Source: Acidobacteriota bacterium
Lineage (GTDB): Bacteria; Acidobacteriota; Thermoanaerobaculia; UBA5066; Gp7-AA6
Direction of reading: 5' to 3'
Assembly: GCA_050257975.1 (NCBI GenBank)
Contig: JBLMXY010000016.1
Coordinates: 1,236-65,235 of the forward strand
Length of the DNA: 64,000 bases
The translations under genes were made by a program, and so were the position numbers. The number at the start of each line of letters is the position of its first letter. Within the stretch, counting starts at the first letter, position 1. Below the pieces are notes generated by a model that made no database searches, was not told where the DNA came from, and saw nothing but the letters and a program-made list of their open reading frames with translations. This document shows positions 1-9,440 of this stretch, piece by piece.

Positions 1-786
1 CGAGAGGGGCAGCATCCGGTCCTCCTTGCCCCAGAGGACGAGCGTCGGGGCTGTGATGCGGCTCGCGACGTCCTCGTAGCCGCGTCGGCTCGAGCGGATC
101 GCGGCGAGCGCCGCCCGCCGGGTGCCCGGGACCGGCACCGGGTCCCACCAGGCGGAGACCGTCTCCGAAGTGACGCGCTCGGCATTCGCGTAGAGGCGGT
201 GGCGCAGCGCGAGCTCCATCACGGGCCGGCAGAGGAGCTCCATCTCGATCTCCCCCGAAACGGGCGCCCGCATCAGCCGGAACTGCCATGGGATCGCGGC
301 TCGTGGCGACGGCGAATCCACGAGCACGAGCGCCGCGACCCGATTCGGCCTGGCGGCGGCGGCGATCAGCGCGACCGCTCCTCCAAGCGAGTTGCCGACC
401 AGGACGACGCGCCCGATCTGCCGGGCGTCGAGATAACGCCAGAGATGGAGCGCCTGGGCGCCCGCGGTGTAGTCGTACGGCCAGGGTCGATCGGAGAATC
501 CCGAGCCGGGCAGATCGACCGCGATGGCAGGGCGCCCCGCGGAGGCCGTCGTCAGGATCTTTCTCCATACGGCGGAGGAAGAAAGAAAGCCGTGGACGTA
601 GACGACCGTCTCGCCGCCCTCGCCCGCGATCTCGCGCGAGCGCCAGCGCACGCCTTCGACGACCGTGTCGCGCTCCCCCGCTCCCGGAGGCGGGATCGCG
701 GCCTCGCGCTCCGTCAGGCGCCGCGCGGCGACCGCCAGAACGATCAGGAGAAGAAGGAAACCGACGAATCGGGTCAAGAAGCCCAC
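1..786 (-). CDS. alpha/beta-fold hydrolase (C-terminus runs off the left edge)
   Basis: Not in the ORF track because it is open to position 1. The minus-strand reading from GTG at 786-784 (GAGGAGG 4 nt upstream) gives ...TVVYVHGFLSSS...RVVLVGNSLGGAVALIAAA...TLVLWGKEDRMLP. These are the HG oxyanion motif and the GxSxG nucleophile elbow of alpha/beta hydrolases. Confidence 0.75.
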   Translation of the reverse strand, partial: MGFLTRFVGFLLLLIVLAVAARRLTEREAAIPPPGAGERDTVVEGVRWRSREIAGEGGETVVYVHGFLSSSAVWRKILTTASAGRPAIAVDLPGSGFSDRPWPYDYTAGAQALHLWRYLDARQIGRVVLVGNSLGGAVALIAAAARPNRVAALVLVDSPSPRAAIPWQFRLMRAPVSGEIEMELLCRPVMELALRHRLYANAERVTSETVSAWWDPVPVPGTRRAALAAIRSSRRGYEDVASRITAPTLVLWGKEDRMLPLS

Positions 787-905
787 GGCGCCTCCTCGGC
801 GGCCGCGATCTTAAGCCGGGCGCCGCTCTGGCACGCATCGTGCTGAAACTCGAAAGGGACCGGAATCCGCGGCTCATTTCGGCACGCGGAAGCAGGGAGG
901 TCATC

Positions 906-1226
906 ATGCGCAGACGCAATCTGGGAACCATCTTTGCCGCTTCTCTTCTCGTCGTCGGTTTTCTCGCATCCGGGTGCAAGTCGACCACCACGGCCGGAAC
1001 GCAGGTTGATGACGCGACGATCAAGGCGTCGGTCAAGGCGAAACTGGTTTCGAACGACCGGCTTTCGACGCTGACCAACATCGAGGTCAACTCGACCAAT
1101 GGTGTCGTCACCCTGGCCGGCCAGGTGCATAACCCGGACGAGAAGAAGCTCGCGGAACAGGTCGCCAAGTCCGTCAAGGGCGTCGTCAAGGTCAATAACG
1201 AACTGCAGGTCGAAGCAAAGCAGTAG
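906..1226 (+). CDS. BON-domain lipoprotein (OsmY-like)
   Basis: ATG at 906 lies inside ORF 288..1226. Lipobox LLVVGFLASGC. The BON-like sequence is DDATIKASVKAKLVSNDRLSTLTNIEVNSTNGVVTLAGQVHNPDEKKLAEQVAKSVKGVVKVNNEL. The upstream part of the ORF is R/P-rich off-frame noise over the hydrolase gene. Confidence 0.8.
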   Translation: MRRRNLGTIFAASLLVVGFLASGCKSTTTAGTQVDDATIKASVKAKLVSNDRLSTLTNIEVNSTNGVVTLAGQVHNPDEKKLAEQVAKSVKGVVKVNNELQVEAKQ

Positions 1227-1303
1227 GCAAGACTCCGCGCCGGCACGGTCGCGCGGTCTCCTCGGACGTCACCGACTCCGCCGACCGAGGCTAGACTGCG
1301 CGC

Positions 1304-2104
1304 GTGCCGACCTGGAAGCTCACGCTCGAGTACGACGGAACGCGCTACCGCGGCTGGCAGTCGCAGAAGAACACGGACCGTACGGTGCAGGGGGTCCTGC
1401 TGCGGGCCGCGCGGGAGCTTCTCGGCGACGACGCCAGCATCGGCGGCGCCGGGCGAACCGACGCGGGAGTTCACGCCCTGGCGCAGGTCGCGCACTTGAA
1501 GTCGCGGCGGCGTCTCACGGAAGTCGAGATCGAGCACGGGCTGAACGACCGGCTCCCCTTCGACGTCAATGTCCTCGAGGTGTCCCCCGCGCGGCCGGCG
1601 TTCCACGCCCGGCACGACGCCCTCTCGCGGACTTACCTCTATCGAATCTCGCGCCGCCGAACGGCATTCGACAAGCGCCTTGTCTGGTGGATCAAGGACC
1701 GGCTCGACTTCGCCTCCATGAAGGGCGCCGCGAAGCTCTTCGAAGGGCGCCACGACTTCGCTTCCTTCTGCGAGAACCCGCAGGGACAGGAGTCGACGGT
1801 CGTCGTCGTCGTGAAGAGCGAGCTGCTCGATTGGGCGCGCGAGATCCACTTCCGTATCGAAGCCTCGCACTTCCTCTGGAAGATGGTGCGGCGCCTGACC
1901 GGGACGCTCGTCGAGGTCGGGCGGGGAAACGTCGACGCGGACGGCGTGACGCGGTTGCTTTCCGAGAAATCGGCAGCCCCCGCAAACTGGACCGCGCCGC
2001 CGTCGGGACTGTTCCTGGAGAAGGTGACCTACCCGGCCAGGGCCTTCACCGAGAAGGGTACGAGGGACCTCGGCCGGGCCAGTTCGCGCGCGCCGGCGAA
2101 CTAG
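1304..2104 (+). CDS. truA: tRNA pseudouridine(38-40) synthase TruA
   Basis: ORF 1304..2104. Contains LEYDGTRYRGWQSQ and the catalytic-Asp motif GAGRTDAGVHA, typical of TruA. GTG start. Confidence 0.9.
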   Translation: MPTWKLTLEYDGTRYRGWQSQKNTDRTVQGVLLRAARELLGDDASIGGAGRTDAGVHALAQVAHLKSRRRLTEVEIEHGLNDRLPFDVNVLEVSPARPAFHARHDALSRTYLYRISRRRTAFDKRLVWWIKDRLDFASMKGAAKLFEGRHDFASFCENPQGQESTVVVVVKSELLDWAREIHFRIEASHFLWKMVRRLTGTLVEVGRGNVDADGVTRLLSEKSAAPANWTAPPSGLFLEKVTYPARAFTEKGTRDLGRASSRAPAN

Positions 2105-2377
2105 CAGCGTGCTGAAAAATGGATGCGGGCGTCGTGTCCGGAGCTTTCGGCCGCAGGTGTTCGCTTCGCGCGAACGGCGGCCGAGAGTTTTCAGCCGGAC
2201 GCGGACCCGACCCTGCTTCGTACCGGCTCTCTGCTCTCGTCCGGGCCCGTCGAGCGCCCGCCAAAGGGTCTCATCGCTCCTCGACGATGCTCTCGCATCG
2301 CCGTCGTCGCGCTTCCTTGCATCGGACCCCGCGGCGCTCGTCACGCCATCCCACACCCTTTTTCAGCACCCTGCTAG
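2101..2377. mobile_element. candidate non-autonomous element (MITE-like), 269-bp body flanked by CTAG direct repeats
   Basis: CTAG at 2101-2104 and at 2374-2377. Inside these lie imperfect terminal inverted repeats: CAGCGTGCTGAAAAATGGATGCGGG (2105-2129) against the reverse complement of 2350-2373, CAGGGTGCTGAAAAAGGGTGTGGG. No credible ORF inside. Both flanking genes take their TAG stop from the CTAG copies. Confidence 0.4.
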
Positions 2378-4584
2378 AGGACGTCCGCGGCTTCCATGGC
2401 GTGCGCGAACGCCGTCTTCCAGAGCTGGGCCAGCGTCTCGACGGGCTCGTCGATGAGCACGCGGTCGCCGGCGGAGATCTTCAGCCGCTTGCCGCCGACT
2501 CGCCCGATCCGGCGAAGCGGCACGCCCGCCTTCTTCGCCGCGGCTTCCACGGCGGCCTGGCCCTCGGGCGCGAAGGTGATCACCGCGCGACCCGCGCTCT
2601 CGCCGAAGAGAAGCGCCGAAAGGCGAAGCCCCGCCTCCAGCGTGATCTCCGCGCCGATGCCTCCCTTCATCGCGCACTCCGCGAGCGCGACCGCGAGACC
2701 GCCATCGGACACGTCGTGGGCGGAGTCGAGCACGCTCATCTGCGCCACCGCGGCGAGGAGATCCACCAGCCGGCGCTCGGCCGCGAGGTCCACCTCCGGG
2801 CACGGTCCTTCGTCGCGGCCGCGGATCGTCCGAAGGAACTCGGATCCGCCGAGCTCGTCCCGCGACTCCCCGAGGAGCGCGACGATGTCGCCGTCCCGGC
2901 GAAACCGAAGCTTCAGGCGTTTCTCGACGTCCTCGAGCAGTCCCACCATCCCGACCGTGGGCGTCGGCAGGATCGCTCGCCCGTCGGTCTCGTTGTAGAA
3001 GGAGACGTTGCCGGAGACGACCGGGATCTCGAGCGCACGGCAGGCGTCGGCGATTCCCCGCACCGCCGCCTCGAACTGCGCCATCACCTCGGGCTTCTCG
3101 GGGCTCCCGAAGTTGAGACAATCGGTGATCGCGAGCGGCCGGGCCCCGACGCACGCGACCGAGCGGGCCGCCTCCGCGACCGCGAGCGCGCCGCCGCGGT
3201 AGGGATCGAGGGCGCAGAAGAAAGGATTCGCGTCGCTCTTCAGGGCGAGAGCCTTCGTCGTGCCCTTCACGCGCACGAGCGCCGCGTCGCCTCCCGGGCG
3301 CTCGACGGTGTTGGTGCCGACCATGTGGTCGTACTGCGTCCAGATCCAGGACTTCTCCGCGACGTTCGGGCTGGCGAGGATCCGCCGCAGGCAGTCGGCG
3401 TAGTCGGACGGCTCGGGCTCCCCCGGCCACCGCGGCGGAGGCGCGGGAGGCACCGCCGCGCGCGGCCGGTCGTAAATCGGCGCCTGGTCGGAGAGCGGCG
3501 CCGCCGGCAGGTCCGCCACGATCTCTCCTTCGAAGAAGAGCACGACGCGCCCGGAGCTCGTGACCTTGCCGATCTCGACCGCGTCCAGCTCCCACTTGTG
3601 GAAGACCGCGAGCACCTCCTCGAGGCGATCCCGCCGCGCGACCAGGAGCATCCGCTCCTGCGACTCGGAGAGCATGATCTCGTACGGCGTCATCCCCTCT
3701 TCCCGCACGGGCACCTTCGAAAGATCGATCTCGACGCCGCTGCCGGCGCGCCCCGCCATCTCGAAGGAGGAGGAAGTCAGTCCCGCGGCGCCCATGTCCT
3801 GGATGCCGACGACGGCGTCCGTCTCGAAGAGCTCCAGGCACGCCTCCATGAGGAGCTTCTCGGTGAAGGGGTCCCCGACCTGCACCGTGGGGCGCTTCTG
3901 CTGCGCCTCTCCCCCCGCGAACTCCTCGGAGGCCATCGTGGCGCCATGGATGCCGTCGCGCCCGGTCTTCGATCCGACGTAGACGACCGGGTTGCCCGAC
4001 CCTTCGGCGCGGCCGCGGAAGATCTTGTCCTTCGGCAGCAGCCCGACGTTCATGACGTTGACCAGGATGTTCTCGTTGTAGGCGGGGTGGAAGGTCGTCT
4101 CGCCGCCGACGGTCGGGATGCCGATGCAGTTGCCGTACCCGGCGATCCCGCGCACGACACCGTCCACCAGATGCTTCATGCGCGGCGCCGAGAGCGCGCC
4201 GAAGCGCAGCGAGTCGAGCGAGGCGATCGGCCGCGCGCCCATCGTGAAGATGTCGCGCAGGATCCCGCCCACACCGGTCGCCGCGCCCTGGTAGGGCTCG
4301 ATGTAGGAGGGATGGTTGTGCGACTCCATCTTGAACGCGACGGCGAGGCCGTCCCCGATGTCGACGACGCCCGCGTTCTCCCCCGGTCCCTGAAGCACCC
4401 GCGGCCCGGCCGTCGGGAAGGTCTTCAGGTGGACGCGAGAGGACTTGTAGGAGCAGTGCTCGCTCCACATCGCCGAGAAGATCCCGAGCTCGAGCAGGTT
4501 CGGCTCGCGTTCCAGGATCTCGAGGATGCGCCGGTACTCGGCCTCGGAGAGGTTGTGCTCGCGGATCTGCTCCTGGGTGACCAT
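2374..4584 (-). CDS. purL: phosphoribosylformylglycinamidine synthase subunit PurL
   Basis: ORF 2374..4677, with the likely start at ATG 4584 ([49 protein letters not shown]...). Full-length PurL-like sequence; sits downstream of purS and purQ. Confidence 0.93.
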   Translation of the reverse strand: MVTQEQIREHNLSEAEYRRILEILEREPNLLELGIFSAMWSEHCSYKSSRVHLKTFPTAGPRVLQGPGENAGVVDIGDGLAVAFKMESHNHPSYIEPYQGAATGVGGILRDIFTMGARPIASLDSLRFGALSAPRMKHLVDGVVRGIAGYGNCIGIPTVGGETTFHPAYNENILVNVMNVGLLPKDKIFRGRAEGSGNPVVYVGSKTGRDGIHGATMASEEFAGGEAQQKRPTVQVGDPFTEKLLMEACLELFETDAVVGIQDMGAAGLTSSSFEMAGRAGSGVEIDLSKVPVREEGMTPYEIMLSESQERMLLVARRDRLEEVLAVFHKWELDAVEIGKVTSSGRVVLFFEGEIVADLPAAPLSDQAPIYDRPRAAVPPAPPPRWPGEPEPSDYADCLRRILASPNVAEKSWIWTQYDHMVGTNTVERPGGDAALVRVKGTTKALALKSDANPFFCALDPYRGGALAVAEAARSVACVGARPLAITDCLNFGSPEKPEVMAQFEAAVRGIADACRALEIPVVSGNVSFYNETDGRAILPTPTVGMVGLLEDVEKRLKLRFRRDGDIVALLGESRDELGGSEFLRTIRGRDEGPCPEVDLAAERRLVDLLAAVAQMSVLDSAHDVSDGGLAVALAECAMKGGIGAEITLEAGLRLSALLFGESAGRAVITFAPEGQAAVEAAAKKAGVPLRRIGRVGGKRLKISAGDRVLIDEPVETLAQLWKTAFAHAMEAADVL

Positions 4585-4621
4585 CAAAGGGAGCGCCCGA
4601 CAGCCGGCCGCCGACCGCGCG

Positions 4622-5320
4622 TCACCGCGCGGGGGCCAGGGCCGCGACGACCGACGCGAACATCTTGCGCCCCGCATCGTTGCCGAGCAGCTGCTCGGCG
4701 CAGCGGTCCGGGTGGGGCATCAGGCCGACGACGTTGCCCTCCCGGCTGGCGATGCCGGCGATGCCTTCGGCCGCGCCGTTGGGGTTGGCCTCGTCGGTGA
4801 CGTTGCCCTTCGCGTCGCAGTAGCGGAAGACGACGCGGCGTTCGCGCGCGAGCTCCGCCAGGACCTCGGGCGGCGCGGTGTAGTTGCCTTCCATGTGGCC
4901 GATGGGCATCGTCACGACCTCGCCCGGCTCGTAGAGGCGCGTGAACGGAGTCTCGACGTTCTCGACCTTGAGGAACACGTCGCGGCAGACGTAGCGCAGG
5001 CCGCGGTTGACCCGCACGGCGCCCGGCAGGAGGCCCGCCTCGAGCAGCACCTGGAAGCCGTTGCAGATCCCGAGCACCGGGCCGCCCTCCTTCGCGAACC
5101 GGGCGACGCTCTCCATGACCGGCGAGAAACGCGCGAGCGCCCCCGCCCGCAGGTAGTCGCCGTAGGCGAAGCCGCCGGGCAGCACGACGGCGTCGGCGCC
5201 CTTCAGATCCGTGTCGCGATGCCAGACGTAGTCCGCCTCGCACCCGAGCAGGTCCTTGGCGACGTGGTGGCAGTCCTGATCACAGTTGGAACCGGGAAAG
5301 ACGACGATCGCGAATCTCAT
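4622..5320 (-). CDS. purQ: phosphoribosylformylglycinamidine synthase glutaminase subunit PurQ
   Basis: ORF 4622..5320. [17 protein letters not shown]..., GICNGFQ (catalytic Cys) and MPHPDR (His), as in class I glutamine amidotransferases. Confidence 0.93.
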   Translation of the reverse strand: MRFAIVVFPGSNCDQDCHHVAKDLLGCEADYVWHRDTDLKGADAVVLPGGFAYGDYLRAGALARFSPVMESVARFAKEGGPVLGICNGFQVLLEAGLLPGAVRVNRGLRYVCRDVFLKVENVETPFTRLYEPGEVVTMPIGHMEGNYTAPPEVLAELARERRVVFRYCDAKGNVTDEANPNGAAEGIAGIASREGNVVGLMPHPDRCAEQLLGNDAGRKMFASVVAALAPAR

Positions 5321-5562
5321 GCGTCCATGACCCTCACGTCGTACCCCTCGATGACGGTGTTGGCGAGCAGCTCCTCGGCCATCCGCCGCGCCTCGGCCTC
5401 GGCCGACTTCGCGTCCAGGCCGTCGAGATCGAGGAAGAAGACCTTCCCGGCGCGCACGTCCCGGACGGCCGCGTGCCCGAGCCGCCCGAGCGCGGCGGCG
5501 ATGGCCTTGCCCTGCGGATCGAGCACGCCTTGCTTCGGATAGACCCGTACTTCGACTTTCAT
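5317..5562 (-). CDS. purS: phosphoribosylformylglycinamidine synthase subunit PurS
   Basis: ATG 5562 inside ORF 5317..5772 gives an 81-aa protein, MKVEVRVYPKQGVLDPQGKAIAAALGRLGH... ATGA overlaps with the upstream MBL gene and with purQ. Confidence 0.88.
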   Translation of the reverse strand: MKVEVRVYPKQGVLDPQGKAIAAALGRLGHAAVRDVRAGKVFFLDLDGLDAKSAEAEARRMAEELLANTVIEGYDVRVMDA

Positions 5563-6329
5563 GCCTCGAACGCCTCGAATCCCGCGATCTGGTCCGCCGC
5601 CTCGAAGGGCACCGCCCAGCCGGCGCGTTCGAGGGCGTCGGCGAGCGCGGCGAGCGCCAGCGGCGGCGTATTGTTCGTTCGGGACAGGTGTGTCGCGATC
5701 ACGCGCCGCAGCTTCGGGCCCGCGGCGCGCCGCACGACGTCGGCCGACTGGCGGTTCGACAGATGGCCCCATCCCCCCGAGATCCGCTTCTTCAGGGGCC
5801 AGGTGTAGGGCCCGTCGCGCAGCATGTCCTCGTCGTGATTGAACTCGAGCAGCAGCGCCGTCGCGTCCCGCACGAAGTCCACGAAGTCCTCTTCCGCGCG
5901 CCCGAGGTCCGAGGCGACGACCAGCCGCGCGTCGTCCGCCTCGAAGGCGTAGGCCACCGACTCGTTGGCGTCGTGCGGCGTCGCGAAGGTCCGGAAGCCC
6001 ATCGCGCCGACCCGCCCCTCGCGCCCCGGCTCGATCCGAACGAACGGGGAGAAGAGGTCTCCCTCGAGCCCCAGGGCCTCGGCGGTTCCGGCCGTCGCGT
6101 AGATCGGGCAGCCGTACCGGGTGGAGAAGGAGAGCGCGCCGGAGCAGTGGTCCTGGTGCTCGTGCGTCACGAAGACGGCGGCGACCGACTCGGCCGAGAG
6201 CCCGCGCGACTTCAGGCGCCGCTCGATCTCCCTACCCGAGAGCCCCGCGTCGACCAGAACCCGTGTCGCGCCCGACTCGACGACACACACATTCCCGCCG
6301 GACCCGGACGCGAGAACGGTGACGCGCAC
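5559..6329 (-). CDS. MBL-fold metallo-hydrolase
   Basis: ORF 5559..6329. GTG start. Contains THEHQDH (the HxHxDH zinc motif) and a beta-lactamase-fold N-terminus VLASGSGGN. Confidence 0.85.
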   Translation of the reverse strand: MRVTVLASGSGGNVCVVESGATRVLVDAGLSGREIERRLKSRGLSAESVAAVFVTHEHQDHCSGALSFSTRYGCPIYATAGTAEALGLEGDLFSPFVRIEPGREGRVGAMGFRTFATPHDANESVAYAFEADDARLVVASDLGRAEEDFVDFVRDATALLLEFNHDEDMLRDGPYTWPLKKRISGGWGHLSNRQSADVVRRAAGPKLRRVIATHLSRTNNTPPLALAALADALERAGWAVPFEAADQIAGFEAFEA

Positions 6330-6365
6330 GGAGAAGCATTATAGCCAGATGTGCTTGCGCTCCGA

Positions 6366-6446
6366 GTCTTCAGTTCTCAGTTCTCAGTCGTCAGTTCTCG
6401 ACGACTTCCTTCTGAAAACTGACAACTGAAAACTGACAACTGTCAA
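6366..6446. repeat. heptanucleotide-periodic hairpin element A
   Basis: Left arm TCAGTTC TCAGTTC TCAGTCG TCAGTTC (6370-6397). Right arm CTGAAAA CTGACAA CTGAAAA CTGACAA CTGTCAA (6412-6446). It fills most of the gap between the dut stop (6447) and the MBL-hydrolase start (6329), ending directly at the dut stop. Confidence 0.9.
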
Positions 6447-6893
6447 CTACTTCCCCGTCGATCCGAATCCCCCCGTGTGTCGTTTCGTCGCGGGAAGCTC
6501 CTCGACCCGCTCGAGACGCGCCCTCGCCACGGGAGCGATGACCAGCTGCGCGATCCGGTCGCCGCGAGAGATCTCGACCGGCTCGGCGCCGATGTTGGCG
6601 ACCAGCACGCAGAGCTCTCCGCGGTAGTCGCTGTCGATCGTGCCGGGCGCGTTGGGCAGGATCAGCCCCATCTTGAGCGCGAGACCGCTGCGCATCCGGA
6701 CCTGTCCCTCGAAGCCCTCCGGGATCGCCACGGCGAGGCCCGTCGGGACGCGCGTCCTTCCGCCGGGCGCGATCACGAGCGCGGTCGAGACGGCCGCCCG
6801 CAAGTCGCATCCCGCTGATCCCTCCGTGGCATAGGCCGGCAAATCCAGCCCCTCGCCGTGGGGGAGGACCTGGAGGGGGACGCGGATGTCCAT
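6447..6893 (-). CDS. dut: dUTP diphosphatase
   Basis: ORF 6447..6893. Contains AGCDLRAA, GTIDSDYRGEL and the C-terminal GGFGSTG motif. Confidence 0.93.
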   Translation of the reverse strand: MDIRVPLQVLPHGEGLDLPAYATEGSAGCDLRAAVSTALVIAPGGRTRVPTGLAVAIPEGFEGQVRMRSGLALKMGLILPNAPGTIDSDYRGELCVLVANIGAEPVEISRGDRIAQLVIAPVARARLERVEELPATKRHTGGFGSTGK

Positions 6894-6952
6894 GAGGGGC
6901 GTCTTTTACCACGTCGCTGCCGGTGCGCCAGGGCTATATCCTCTTGGGATCC

Positions 6953-9382
6953 GTGACGCTGACCCCCGGCGCTCGACTCGGGCGTTTCGAGATTCTCTCC
7001 TCCCTCGGCCGAGGGGGAATGGGCGAGGTCTTCCGCGCCCGGGACACGCGACTCGGCCGCGACGTCGCACTCAAAACGGTCTCTGCCACACTGATTTCGG
7101 ATCCCGGAAGCCTCCGACGTTTCGAGCGCGAGGCCCGCGCTCTGGCGGCACTCTCCCACTCGAACATCGTGCCCGTATTCGATGTCGGTGAAGAAGGCGG
7201 GATCCGTTACGTCGTCACGGAGCTGGTCGAAGGAGAGACGCTGCGCGCGCATCTGGCTTCGGGGCCGCTGCCGCCGGCGGAAGCCGCGGAGATCGCGGCG
7301 CAGGTCGCCGAGGGTCTGGCTGCCGCTCACGAGAAGGGCGTGATCCACCGCGACATCAAGCCTGAAAACCTCATCCTCTCCGGGGGAAGGGTGAGGATCC
7401 TCGACTTCGGCCTCGCCAGCCTGGCCGGGCCCGAGGAGGCCGGGGAGAGCGCGGTGACGGAAGAAGCCGTGACCGAGCCCGGCGTCGTCGCCGGTACGCC
7501 CGCCTACATGAGTCCGGAACAGGCGCGCGGGGAAAAGTTGGACACGCGGTCGGACATCTTTTCTCTGGGCTCCGTCTTCTACGAGATGCTGACCGGTCGC
7601 AAGGCCTTCTCGGCAGTCTCGAGAATCGAGACCCTCTCGGCCATCCTGCGAGACGATCCCGCCTTCCCGACGGCGGGCCCGTCGACACTTCGGCCCGACA
7701 TCGAGCGCGTCGCCCGTCGCTGTCTCGCCAAGAACCGGGACGCCCGCTACCACTCGGCGGCCGACCTGGCCCACGACCTTCGCGCCCTGGCGCTCGGGGA
7801 GAGGGAGCCGACGGGCGCGCCCGCCGGCCCCTTGCCGATGCCCCCCTCGCCCGGCCGACGGCGACGGCTGGGTCTCCTGGCCCTGGCGGCGGTCGCGACC
7901 GCCGCGCTGGCGCTTCTCCTGTGGCGCCTGCAACCGGCCACCGTCCGCGCTCCGCGCACGCTGGCCGTCCTTCCCTTCCGCAGCCTCGGGGCGGACGCCA
8001 TTCCCCGCTTCGGCCTCGGGCTCGCCGACTCCGTGATCGGGCAGCTCGCCCGGCTGCGCCCGCTGACCGTCCGGCCGACGAGCGCGATCCGCCGCTTCGA
8101 GACGGCGCCCGTCGACGCCATCGAGGCCGGACGGGCGCTCCATGTCGATGCCGTCCTCGAAGGAACCGTGCAGAGGGTCGAGGGCGTGACCCGCGTCTCC
8201 GTCCAGTTGACCGATGTCTCGCGCGGCGCGATCGTCTGGACCAGCCGGCTGGAGCTTCCGGAGGGCAAGCTCTTCGCGGTTCAGGACGAGATCGCCCAGC
8301 GGGTGGCCGAAGGGCTGCGGCTCGAGCTCGACCCGCAGCAGAGAAGGTCCCTCGCTTCGGCGCAGCCGGTTTCCGATCGCGCCATGGAGCAGTACGTTGC
8401 GGTCCGCGCAAGGCTCTCCGAAGTCATCCGCTTCTCTCCCGAAGAGAGCCGTGAAGTCACGTCGTTGCTCGACCGCATTCTCGACGAGGCTCCCGGGTTT
8501 GCTCAGGCGATTGCCGCGCGCAGCTACGTCGGGGCGTGGCAGAACTTCTTCATCTCCTCGCCCACCGGCTATGCGGCCGTCCTGCGGGACGCGGATCGCG
8601 CGCTGGCGCTCGACCCGGACCTCGTCGAGCCGCGCCTGGCGAAGGCCGCGATGATCTGGTCCTTCTCCGGAGGCTGGGATTTCGTCGCCGCCGCGACCGA
8701 GCTCGCGACTGCCACTCGTAAGAACCCCGGCCTCGACCTGGCCCACCTGGATCTTTCGCGCCTCTTCACCCACTACGGCTGGCTCCGCGAAGCCGAGCGG
8801 GAGCTCGGAGCCGCGCAGCGGATCAACCCCTCGAGTCCCGAGACCATTCGCCTGGAAGCCTACATTGCGTGGTTTCGCGGCGATCGGCAGCGGGCGCTTC
8901 GTGAGTACCTTCGCCTTCCCGCGGACCTTCGGCGGCAGGCCAATGCGGGCCGCTGGCAGATCCTGCAGATCCGACTGCAATCCGAGAATCCGTTGCCCTT
9001 GATGGAGGAGGTGCAGGCCTGGCTCGCGGAGCGGCCGCCCGACCGGACGCTCCCCACCGCCCTTCTCGCGGTTGCCCGAGCCCGCGCGGGCAACCGCGAC
9101 ATCGCGGATCTCGAGAGGCAGATCGCGGCGGCGGACGAGCGAATCGGCCACTTCCATCACGTCTGGCACCTGCTGGCCGAGGCGCACGCCCAGAGGGGCG
9201 ACGCCGCCCGCTCCGTCGATTTCCTGCGTCGCGCCGCGAAAGCCGGCCTCCCCTGCATCCCCTGCTTCGAGACCGACCGCCTTCTCGCCCCGATCCGAGT
9301 GAGTCCGGGCTACGTCTCGTTGATTCAGGAGCTCCGCGTCCAGGAAACGAACTACCGCCAGGCTCTGAAAGGCACCTTGTAG
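6953..9382 (+). CDS. Ser/Thr protein kinase with a TM segment, a TolB-N/FlgO-like periplasmic domain and a TPR-like C-terminus
   Basis: ORF 6923..9382. Contains GRGGMGEVF, VALK, HRDIKPENLIL, DFGLA and PAYMSPEQ. A TM stretch LGLLALAAVATAALALLLW is followed by LAVLPFRSLG... I prefer the GTG at 6953 (VTLTPGARLGRFEI, a typical kinase N-terminus; TATATC at 6935-6940). GTG 6923 is the alternative. Confidence 0.88.
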   Translation: MTLTPGARLGRFEILSSLGRGGMGEVFRARDTRLGRDVALKTVSATLISDPGSLRRFEREARALAALSHSNIVPVFDVGEEGGIRYVVTELVEGETLRAHLASGPLPPAEAAEIAAQVAEGLAAAHEKGVIHRDIKPENLILSGGRVRILDFGLASLAGPEEAGESAVTEEAVTEPGVVAGTPAYMSPEQARGEKLDTRSDIFSLGSVFYEMLTGRKAFSAVSRIETLSAILRDDPAFPTAGPSTLRPDIERVARRCLAKNRDARYHSAADLAHDLRALALGEREPTGAPAGPLPMPPSPGRRRRLGLLALAAVATAALALLLWRLQPATVRAPRTLAVLPFRSLGADAIPRFGLGLADSVIGQLARLRPLTVRPTSAIRRFETAPVDAIEAGRALHVDAVLEGTVQRVEGVTRVSVQLTDVSRGAIVWTSRLELPEGKLFAVQDEIAQRVAEGLRLELDPQQRRSLASAQPVSDRAMEQYVAVRARLSEVIRFSPEESREVTSLLDRILDEAPGFAQAIAARSYVGAWQNFFISSPTGYAAVLRDADRALALDPDLVEPRLAKAAMIWSFSGGWDFVAAATELATATRKNPGLDLAHLDLSRLFTHYGWLREAERELGAAQRINPSSPETIRLEAYIAWFRGDRQRALREYLRLPADLRRQANAGRWQILQIRLQSENPLPLMEEVQAWLAERPPDRTLPTALLAVARARAGNRDIADLERQIAAADERIGHFHHVWHLLAEAHAQRGDAARSVDFLRRAAKAGLPCIPCFETDRLLAPIRVSPGYVSLIQELRVQETNYRQALKGTL

Positions 9383-9440
9383 ATCGCCGCGCCGGCCTTT
9401 GCGGCTGGCCGAGAAGATCGACCCGCGCCGGACTTGCCGG

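Noticed and set aside
774-1130. 118-aa minus-strand ORF overlapping the BON gene, and ORFs 199..846 / 288..905 on the plus strand
   Set aside because: These are off-frame or antisense to the alpha/beta hydrolase (1-786, minus strand) and to the BON lipoprotein, both of which have clear motifs. The sequences are R/P/G-rich noise.
2119-4800. 893-aa plus-strand ORF (and 701-aa ORF 2363..4468 on the minus strand) overlapping purL
   Set aside because: The composition is R/A/G/P/D-dominated with no recognisable motifs, typical of off-frame or antisense open frames in very GC-rich DNA. The same DNA encodes a full-length, motif-complete PurL in another frame.
6773-9187. 804-aa minus-strand ORF antisense to the Ser/Thr kinase gene
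   Set aside because: Low-complexity R/G/P/E sequence with no domain signatures. The plus-strand frame carries all the kinase subdomain motifs.
9391-9409. Possible bidirectional terminator hairpin (GCCGGCC-TTTGC-GGCTGGC) between the kinase and M16 peptidase stops; a similar CCGCGG-N11-CCGCGG lies at 48859-48881 after the TonB receptor
   Set aside because: The stems are short (6-7 bp, one with a G-T pair) and have no U-tract on either strand. Such GC palindromes are frequent in this composition, so I do not call them as features.
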